DNA from: Ptychomitrium polyphyllum
Lineage: Eukaryota
NCBI GenBank assembly: GCA_973851085.1
Contig: OZ316775.1
Coordinates: 14,322,001-14,386,000 of the forward strand
Reading direction: 5' to 3'
Length of the DNA stretch: 64,000 nt
A program made the translations under genes and the position numbers. This document shows, in pieces, positions 53,715 through 64,000 of this stretch; positions within the stretch are counted from its first letter, which is position 1; the number at the start of each line of letters is the position of its first letter. The notes beneath the pieces are model-generated. The model ran no database searches and was not told the origin of the DNA. It was given only the letters and a program-made list of their open reading frames with translations.

Positions 53715-56481
53715 CCTCCTGTTCCCATAATCAAAACATGCAAATGTGAGCATGAGCATCAGAACATTAATGCCAGCAAGCGCGGGGAAAACTGCGTTCC
53801 ACGTAAACGTACCACACCAAGGTAATTTTGCAGAGGACAAGTTCAATCGTAGTTCAACAATATCCGGGAAGCTGCTACAACATACGGATTAAAAAATATA
53901 GTTTTCGAGCAAAAATATCATTCTACACTCCGAGAGGAGCTGAACAAGACGCGAGAGAGGAAATGCACGTCGGACATTCTTCCAAGGAAGCCCATGAAAA
54001 TTGAAGAGAAACGCCTGTTCTGAGAAAGGAATAGGATAGCGGTGCTTCAAGAACGTAAGCAAGATTAAGAAGCTCCGAGCAAACATGCACCCAAAAGTTT
54101 GAAGTCTATGCAAATTGTAAATCTTAAATCTTTTCTGTGGATTCAAAGGAAGGATTCAAAGTTACCACCAGGCCTCTGAGGCACTAGAGGCCGTTGTACG
54201 TTAAGAACCCTCATTCAGTTAACACAACCGTCTCATATTCTCTGCAATCAACTACGCTGCCTGCGAAGATATGGCTAAGATGAAGGTAACAGCAACCCAG
54301 AATATGCCTGTCTCGACCCTAAAACCTAAAAAAATACCAAAGATGCCAAAACCGCTCATTAAATTCATTCCTGCTCCACAAAACTCCGTTCTCAAAGCAA
54401 AGAAGGCAAAGATGAAGACCTCTTCATTGTAAAAGATCGTGACTTAAAGACTACATCTTTCATGTTGCAAATGCTTAAATTGTCCTCAAAGCAAGCCGCA
54501 CTTTCTCGTTCTTTAAACTCTTCCATATAATCGTTGAAAAACGCTAAATTATGGACGCACTCGCTATCCAATGAAATGAGCTCACATACACTTCTTCATA
54601 GAAAGGGGAAAGAATACTTTTATGATTTTGAAGTAAGGAATGACCTTTACTGTGAAAAGCACAATAATAGATAGTCTCGCAAACACTAAAAAAACTTCCG
54701 TTAGCTCAACGGCAAGTTGGTTGTGCATAAGCAGCGAAGAGTCAAGTCTCGAGGAGACAGAATGCACCTGCAGGAGTGAAAGATTTCCAGTAATAGCAGC
54801 TACAAGGTTCAAACAACGAAGAGCTTCGCATCAGCACCAGACCTCCTCGTCCAGAAACTACGCTCTTGACCAAATATGCAGACTTGTCGCCTTTCCCTGC
54901 TTCCAACCGAAAAGGACAGAACCACATGTGGTTCTAAACTATTTGTAACGAACATCCCCTCAAAATATCCGCATTCCCTCAAGATATCCGCATCACCCCG
55001 AAGATTCTCACACATCGATCACAACATTTCGCTGTCCCGCACCATCAATCCACCGCAGTTTCAAAACTTTAATCGAACGCCCATGGTTGCTCTCTCAAAC
55101 TCTTCCCTTCCGATATTTTTGCAATACATAAAACGTCACCACGAGCCAACTGACAACTAAACTACTCCATCACGAGCAATTCCGCACTTCGCTCTCTCAC
55201 AGCTAGAAGGAAAAAAAACATCATCTTGTACCTCCCCTACAAACATCCTCTCGACGCCAAGATACGCGGCCATGGCGTCACACCACCGCAGCAAGAAAGT
55301 GCAACCATTTCTTCACGAAAAATTCACGAAGCTAAACCAATAGTTCTCCTGCACTTCATCGCCAGCACTTGATCCATCCAAGCCCAGCGAAAACATTCTC
55401 CTTCCTTCAGCTCTCAAAGAAAACTACTCGTGACCCACCCACCGGCCCACCCACCGACCCACCCAACAAAATTTATATTCCTTTCCCTCCGATCACCAAC
55501 AGGGACGTGCTAACTGAACTTCCAATGCAAAGCTGATTCCATTGTTGAAAAAACGGCTGGTTGCTCTTGTTTCCAGGAGATTGAAAGTGAGGATCAATGG
55601 TGCAGAGTGAAGCCTCATTGTACTACACTGCCATTTCCGTCGCTGAAGAAACGCATCTCTCGAAGAGCAATTCACTGAAAGAAAAAGTACTTGAGCAAGC
55701 AGCTGCTGGGTTGCAAACCTGCAAGGTTGAAGGGTGACTTAGTAAGTCACGGAAGGGAAGCAACCAACTGACTGACTCCGGTACTACTCTGGCAGTCACC
55801 TCCCTCACCCTACGTGACTGACAGGACGAGAGATACGTTACAGGTGCGAACTCCCTACTCACACACTCCAACAGCTTGGAGGCTTGACTAGAACAGGCGC
55901 ACGCAGATGCTCCCTGCTTTTGAAAAGAAAGTAAATAACTAATTGCATGACTGCCACAGGCCAGATTGGCCCTAAAGCAACTTTGGACTAAGAAACGCTG
56001 CCCCTGAGATCACTCCCAAGGTGCTTTTTTGACATTCGGATACTTTCTAATTTCGACCGGAGTACCACCTGTGGCGCAGTGCAGTGCTACCTGTGCATGA
56101 GTTGGGTCTTCACCGGAGTGAGCTGCTGTGGGAACTTGCACAGCACGCACGGACCAGAGCCAGTCATGACCACGAGGCAACAGACAGACGAGCAGCTACA
56201 CACGAGTCTGTGATTGTGAAGTAAACCCGCCGCCATGCACGGATTCCGTTCCGGTGCGCACGACGAAAAACTCCCCCATCATGGAATTGGAAGCCTGCGG
56301 ACATCTTCACCTGCGACCAGAGCTACACACTAACCATAAAAGAAGCTGCTCTCCACTTGTTTTGTGATGATAGTGTGCTGATGTGACCCATCTGACATGA
56401 CACACATCTGTCCGCCTCATCGATCGTCTGCAATTTCTGTTCCTTCTTCTGTATTTACTTTTGTCCGAGGATTGCTTGGAA

Positions 56482-56574
56482 GACTTGGAGACTTGGAGAC
56501 TTGCTGCCTTGTTGACTTGCTGATTTAGTGACATGGTGACGTCAGGATTTCGGGACTTCGGGACTTCGGGACTT
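56482..56574. repeat. Two short 8-bp tandem repeats, (gacttgga)x3 and (ttcgggac)x3
   Basis: gacttggagacttggagacttg at 56482; ttcgggacttcgggacttcgggactt at ~56549. Confidence 0.8.
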
Positions 56575-57389
56575 GGAAATTGGTGGTTTGAGCCTTCGGC
56601 CTCCAAGCTTGCTGGGGCTTCATCACCCCCCCCACACTTTTTCCCTTAATTTTCTTTTGCTTTTCTTGAATGAGAGTTTTCTAGTCATACGTAAGAAACA
56701 GGCGCCTCAAGTTGTAAGAGATTTCAAGAATATCCATGAAACATGCAAAAGTGGCATACCTGGACGAGTTTGGACAAGTTTATATTTACTGGATATCCAC
56801 TTGTATTCATGTATTATTGTATGGTAACATGTCGATACCATGTAATGTCTAGGTTATACTTGGATAGTGTTAGCAAAGTTTACTTGGCACAGAAAAAGGG
56901 CCTTGAATCCTTCAGTGTAGAATTTTATGTAGCATTCTAACACTTGAGGGAACTATTCTTTTGGAAACTGATATCAATATAGGTCTTTTTTTCCTATCCA
57001 TGAGTAAATGTCACATATTTTGTATGACATCTAAAAGCTCCATACAATTGTCAAATGTGTTTAGTTACCATTTCCTGTGAAGCTATTTTTTTTAAATGTT
57101 ATACTTTTCTATTTTACACCAAAGTTATTTTTTGAAAGAAGGAGATACAAAGTTGTCAAATATGAGAGGTTGGAAAAAAATATCAAACAACTCATAGAGT
57201 GTTACTTATAATGGATATGACTCACATGACAAATGACATAATAAGCTTGTCCATAAAAAATTTGTATAGCATGTTTTTCTTGCTTTTATTGCATATGTTA
57301 AAGAACACATTTACGTAGTTATATGATAAGATTGAGGTGAATAATAATTTGAATGTCATAAAAAATACAATATTTAAAACATAATTGAT

Positions 57390-59790
57390 TACAGAAGGAA
57401 AAATTGCTCATATTGAAAAACACACATGGATAAGGCAAGTTGAGGTCTATTATTCTAAATTTGTTAGAAGCAACTACAAATTAGCAATGGATGAATGTAA
57501 GTCAAGGTGAATTCAAATTGAGGAAATGGAGTTGGCAATTACAAGGTGACAACTACATAATGCCATTGTAAATAGGCAATTATAAAAAGGTTATTAGCAA
57601 TTGCAAATAATAAATGCAATGCAAGAACACATTGGCCACTATAGGTGTTTCGCATTTAAAGAAATAACAATGACAATGCGGTAAGTGTTAGTAGCATTAC
57701 AAAATACATGCCTTTCACCTTTATTTCTTTTTTGAATGGAAGTTTATTTTTAGCACCTTTTTATGAAAAATCAAATGATAACTATCAATTTTATAATAAA
57801 ATTCCTCTATTATTTATACATTGTAACATTTTTAATTACATGCAATTAATTTAATTGCAAGTAATGCAACCATTGTGTATGTCATCAAGATTTATTTTTT
57901 AATTTATTAATTTAATGCTTAGAAAGACAACTTTAAGCTACTTATTTCTTATGTAAAATGATTTGGCTTTAAATACAACTTTTAGAAGCAAAAGTAAGGT
58001 CTTAAATTTTGTGATTGGAGGTATTGATTTTTGTATATTTAAATCAAGGGAGCTAACATTGGATCAATTTGTTGCAATTATAAGTCAAGAAAAAATAATT
58101 GCATGTCAAGATAGGCAACTTATGATTAATTAGGGACAACTGTAGATAAAAAAAGCAACTGTGTTGGTTCACTAAATTTTATTTTTGCAAACAATTTTCA
58201 TCCAAGCCATTTTTTCTTTCTTTCTTGTATTAATTGACTAATATAAGAACAATATTGATTCTTAATAACACACTACAAACAAGTATCTAATGTCCTAAGA
58301 TCAAAATTTCATGTTCAATGTTAGAAGTATGTTAATTTTTAAGTTCTTAATTAATCACATATAGTTGCACAAATTTTTTTTAAAAAGGTTTAATATCTTA
58401 ACATTAATGTGCATTGATTTTTAAAGATGTGGTATAAAGTGTATAATAAAGGATTAATTTGATATCTATATCAAAACAAAATTGTAGACATCAAACTCTA
58501 AATAATAAATGCATTTTAATATTATATATTGAGTACATAATGCTTTTAACTTCATATTGTAGAAGTATTGCTTGTATAATTAAATTTAGATCATTGTACA
58601 AGTAATACTTCTACAATATAAATAATAAGATTTTTTATGAATTTTGAGGCTATTAAATTTTTTTGGAATTTTAAACTTTGAAAATTTACAAAAACTACAT
58701 TTCACCTATAAATTTACAAAAATGTGATTTTTGTAAATTTATCCTATAATTTATTCTATAATTTATAATTTATCCTATAATTTATCCTATAAGATTAATA
58801 CATCTTGATTTATATTATGTATTAATCTTATAATATAAAATTTGGTAAAATTGAATGTGAAGTAATAAAATAATAACATGTTCTTTCATTGATTTGGATT
58901 TAATAAATGTTAAAAGAACATGGTTTTTCATTTCCAAAATGCCAAAATTTTCATTAGATAGTTGATTTTTTCTTTTTAAATCTTCAATTTATAATATTTC
59001 AATTTGGAATCATTGAATATGTATAATCTACAAAAATATCTTAAAAATAATATTGTAATATACATTTTATAATACTTATTATATTAATATAAATTCCAAA
59101 ATATATAAATAACATATGATTTAGCATTTTATGTTTATGTAAGAAAAATAAAAAAATTAAATAATGCAAGTCATTTTATGAAAAATTCAAGTCCTTTAAA
59201 AGAAAATGCAAATAGTTTATGTGGATCTAGATTATTACAATTTGCTCAAATGAAACTGGTTCTTAGAAGCTACTTTTGAAGGAGTGATTGCTGCTCCACG
59301 ACAATTGGTAGTGGTTGTTATAATAATTAAATTCCAATATTGAAGATTAAAATAATGCTAGGTATTATTATTATAAGATGTTTCTTTGAAGCATACCATA
59401 AACCATTCTAATTGAATTTTGCAACCATTTCCTATCCATAGGTAATCAACCATAATTACCTTTTACATGTAATCAAATAGTTATAATTGCCTAAGATCCA
59501 AAGTTGTACATTTACAATTGCCTAAGATATAAGGTTGTACATTTGCAATTGCATAAGGCTTGTAATTACACATCTATAATGTATAAGATTTGTGGTCATT
59601 TACTTGCAATTGCCTAATATCTATAGTTGTATTTGAGCAATTCTCCATTAAAGTAATTGAAGACTTATAGTTGCCATCTAGAGTTGCTAGGAAGGGAAGC
59701 TATAATTGCCATTTGATAGTGTGTTACTAAATGACACTTGATCTTATCCATACGGATATGGTAATTTTTCTTTCATCCTTCTTTAATTAA
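57390..59790. mobile_element. Candidate non-autonomous foldback/TIR element with degenerate inverted ends
   Basis: The left end reads gaaggaaaaattgctcatat...atggataaggcaagt and the reverse complement of the right end reads gaaagaaaaattaccatat...atggataagatcaagt. Each is followed inward by GCAAYTRYA-like short repeats in opposite orientation. The interior is AT-rich and non-coding, and no TSD was identified. Confidence 0.45.
59486..59558. repeat. 31-bp imperfect tandem repeat (about 2.3 copies)
   Basis: aattgcctaagatccaaagttgtacatttac / aattgcctaagatataaggttgtacatttgc / aattgcataag. Confidence 0.85.
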
Positions 59791-61519
59791 TATTAAATTT
59801 AAACTAACAAGGGGATTTATGCAATGAACAAACAATCATAATGATTATGATGGATGTTGGATTTGATGATTCTTGGGTATATATTGAAGTGACTAATATG
59901 GTATAAATTGATTGTTGTTATGACTTTAAGTTGTAATTACATATTAGAATAGCTCTATTATACAAAAGACATATATTTCACTATATTTAATATATTGTTA
60001 TTTAAATTCTTGAAATTACAATGTAGTAAATCTGATTTGTATTTTACATCAACATTCATGTATTTCTCTTTGTGCTTTCTTTTGTAAAGAATGTTGTTCT
60101 ATTTAAATTTAAATGAAGTCTATCATATTTTATTAAAATTGGAATTGAATATGCATTGCATTCCGTTCAATACCATTATTTTCTTAACCTTCTTCTTGTT
60201 CCATTACAATCTTTTATCCACTTAATTATGTTTAGCCAAGAGCAAATTTGAAGATGTTTATTATTAAGAGTTAATTTGCAACTTTTTTCTTACTACCATG
60301 TTAAACTGAAATGTAATGAAAAGCCCCTCCATTGTTGTCATACACTCCAGTTTTTATTTTTATCACTATTAATATTATATTATTATTATTAATATTAAAA
60401 TTTACTGTTGACTTCTTTGAAAATTGGGCTACAAGGAAACTTGTTTTGCTCGTTTTGAAGAGATCAAATTGTAACAAAAATAAATAAACAAAGAAATAAA
60501 TAATTTTCTGATACATAAATTTATATTCACTTTGAAGAGGTAATAAATTAAAATGCCAGTTTTACCATAAAATTCGTTTTGTTTGAAGGAAAAGTCATAT
60601 GCCACAATCAACTTAATTTGAACACAAAAAAAGATGATATAACACTTAAGCACTGTACATATTCAAGCTGAATATAGCATAAAATTAAAATTCATATATA
60701 ATAAAACAACTATGAAATTATCTTATACTAATTTATTCATATTTATTGGTGATTCTTAATAATAGCTTTCATATTTGAAAGATGTTTACAAGATTTGCGT
60801 ACTTCAAGTTCATAGAAAACCTAAGAGTCCTTTAAATTAAGACATTTCCAGGAAAGTGCAAAACAAGTTGTAAAAAGGTTTTAAAACCTCATAATATAAG
60901 CATAGAAAATTCGAGATTTGGACATCAATCAAAAAATTATGTTTCTTGCAAGCATACTAATTGCAATATGTGGAATTTGGTGAATTTCACCAAAATCCAT
61001 AAAATTGAAAAGAGCTAAATCAACAAATATGGTTGACTTACAAGGCAATTATACTTAAATCCATAAAACTTGATGTCACTTTTCAAACCTTTAACATAAA
61101 AAAGTTTAACATAAACATGCTTGTAAGGAAAGTAGTTTTGCCATCCAATGTCAAAAATATAGATTTTCACCAAGTTAGTGTGATGTTTTAAACGTGCTTC
61201 CAACTGTGATGTTTCCAAGCACCAGTTCCATGTGAATAGAGAATATATTTTTCACATTTTGAGGAACACTGTAGATGATTGTAGTGCAATCACCATACAA
61301 TATGCGAAGTTCACTATTAGACCCTTTCCTCTACTGAACTGAACTGAAGTGAACTAGACACAGGGAATAAGCAGTCTTTAGTACAATTATTAGAATCCAT
61401 CTATTGCTTTACAATGGCAACTAGAATTTCAACCTCTCCAAGGTCAACCCTCTCCGGTGAGTCCAATCCTAGTGCCCTACAGCAAACCTGACAGGCAGAT
61501 CTTAGTAGAATTACAATTT

Positions 61520-62070
61520 CCAGTCTATAGTTAAAAAATCGAACCTGAAGCAAATCCCAGGGAGCTTGGCAAGGGGTTACCAATGGCGGCAGCGCAACTC
61601 AACATAGAAAATTCCTCTGTGAAGGAGTTGGCAGCCCCCATCTGCCATCTCCAGCAGTGGACATGTTCAAGCAGGGGCTCACAAAGAAAGAGCTTTAGAC
61701 TCAACCTCAAGCCACATTTGGAAGAGGCGCCCAAAATAACAAGTAATCTTGCCATGGATTTCGAAGGAAAAGTCCCCACAGCCAGATGGAGTACCATGCA
61801 CAGGAGCTGTGCACATCGTACTGTATGCTGAGTAGTGTCCCAATTTCAGAGAAGCAAATCTTAGGTGCGGCAAGGATTTCTCCAACCTGAGAGCTGGAGC
61901 CTGCTCCCATGGGACAATTGAGCTTGCAGCCTACCTTTGATACTGCAATGCCTTGGCAGCTACTACCCATGTGAGTTTCAATAATGCAGCAGCATGAGCC
62001 ATAGTCAGGTAGCTTTTGGAAGCACTGCAGAACTTCTATTCCCAAGGATTTGTTGAGCGTAAATGCACCT
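61520..62070 (+). pseudogene. Probable decayed leucine-rich-repeat (NLR C-terminus-like) gene fragment
   Basis: A GC-richer island in AT-rich DNA. Stitching frames gives KSNLKQIP/RELGKGLPMAAAQLNIENSSVKELAAPICHLQ, IVLYAE*CPNFRE and AYL*YCNALAA, which resemble LxxLxLxx(N/C)xxLxxLP repeats. Multiple stops and frameshifts. Confidence 0.45.
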
Positions 62071-64000
62071 GTTTGCATGCCATGTTGATTTGGAGAAGGC
62101 TCTCTCTAGCTACTCTAGAAGCTTCAACTAGTTAGCCAGTTTTTGAATATAAAATTTTCTTGACCAAGGAAGCACAGCTTTTCTTTAGCGACTGGTAGGT
62201 GTTTTGACAAAATTATGCACGGCTATGAGGTTTGACTAAGAACTCAATTTTGTGCTTCAAACTTTTATTATATGCATAACTTTTAAGGTACAATTTCTAT
62301 TAAAATTGGATGATTCCTCTAATGTAGTTGTTTGTTTGTGAAAATCGTTGATACTGAATGAGAAATAGATATCAAGCGATTGTATTTCAATAGTGATTAA
62401 CAAACCTTTGACCATTTGTAAGTCCATAAGCTTTAGTTCATGCATGTTAAATTCTTTTTCATTAATATGAAATGAAGTTTTCTATGAAGTGAAAACTTTT
62501 AAATCAATACTAGTTCCATCATCCAATTTTGATAAAATAGATACAATAATTAAAAAAGAATATTTCTCAATGACCTACCTTGAAGCAATAAAATAATGTG
62601 ATAAAGTGATCAATGAAGTGAACCTTGTTGTCTTTAGATTTGTTTCCATATGTTTTTGAAAGAGCATTTAAAAATCCCGGAAAAGGTAAATTATGAAGGT
62701 GGAAATGATTCTTAAATTTGAAAAAAATCCTTAATAAAAAATCAGGTTTTGTTACAATAACGTACAATTGTAGATGAGGAACACAAGCCAATTTCTCAAT
62801 GATACATATTGCTTGCTGTGTTGCTTGGTGTGTGGATATTCCCTTATTCATTTCTATTTATCATCAATAACTAATTTCTATGTAATAATTGTGTTATATT
62901 TACACTATTGTGTGGTATAATTGTGCTGTTGCTATGCTTCTGATATGCCACCATTATTCAATTTGTGAATTCCACTTGGAGTTGGTCCTTCTAATGATTC
63001 CAAAGATGATTTTAAAATAAATATCTTACTCAATTATTCAATTTGTTGCTGTAAGAATAAATCAAAAAATCAAAAAAATTAAGAATAAGATGTCAAATGT
63101 GTAATCATATTTTTTTTGAATTTTTTTTCTAGAATACAAATTGTTAATTTTACTGTCTATAAGCACATTCTGATTCATAGATTGAATCTTCAATTCAATA
63201 CTACTGATGACAAGATAAAAGAACATCTGGTGCTTCATTTTCATTTACAAACATATCCGAAGTTGGTGCATATCATTTGTGACTTGTTTTGTAAAGACAT
63301 GAAGAAAGTAACTTATGTCACATTCATATTAGGATATCAAAAATAACAATTTTTAAAAATCTTTTAAAGAAGACTGAATACTCACATGCTTATCAATTTC
63401 AGACAGTCCATATTTATTATGAAAATATGTATAGAAAAAATATCTTTCATGTAATTTTGACCTCTGATAATAAATTTGTCAAAAACATTGTCATATGTAT
63501 GCAAATTTGATATTTAGATATTAAAAATGCATACAATTGTGAACAACAATAAAACGTCTCATTATTTCCAATGGTTGTATAAATATGGCATAATACCAAT
63601 TTTCAAAGACACATTGTAATTCTTGATTAGTTTGAACTTTTATGAAAGAACAATTAAAGAATTATGTTCCAAAACAAATTGGCTCAATATAACCATAGTT
63701 GTGATTCTTTTATGTGCAGGTATTTTACAAGCAATGCACGTTTGGCTACCAATTGATACAATTTTTTTACAAGAATAAATGTCCATGAATTGAAGGTGAT
63801 TCATCATATGAAATACTTTAGCAATAAAAAACCTCATCCTTTGGTAATTAACTATTACCTTTGGTTTATATTAGATAAATTAGAAATAAAAAAATATAGT
63901 TTTTTAAATTTCAAAGTAACTAATTGACTTTGCTAAATGAGACATAGATATTTTTATAAAATTTAAAAGTATTAAATGCTCAAAGTTAATATGGAGAAAT

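Noticed and set aside
1..64000. tRNA, rRNA or conserved plant miRNA genes
   Set aside because: No cloverleaf, rRNA-like segment or remembered mature miRNA sequence was spotted by eye. tRNAscan-SE, Rfam and miRBase searches would be needed to exclude them.

Overview
Eukaryotic nuclear DNA from a land plant, most likely a moss such as Physcomitrium (inferred from AT-rich intergenic DNA, spliceosomal introns, plant-specific gene families and an axonemal dynein gene). Five genes could be assembled by hand with consistent splice phases. They are an AIG2-like/gamma-glutamylcyclotransferase-fold gene (-, runs off the left edge), an intronless DUF506 gene (-), an 18-exon WDR63/DNAI3 (IC140) inner-arm dynein intermediate chain with one GC-AG intron (+), a 7-exon MBOAT lysophospholipid acyltransferase (-) and a 10-exon DUF266/GT14-like glycosyltransferase (-). 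Between them lie a decayed Ty1/Copia element cut off by a ~1 kb 22-bp minisatellite, a disrupted protein kinase, probable ankyrin/PGG and LRR relics, a candidate ~2.4 kb foldback-like element, small repeats and several unidentified GC-richer islands. No tRNA, rRNA or CRISPR array was seen. I found no clearly new biological system; the best leads are listed as findings. All family assignments come from remembered motifs, not database searches.
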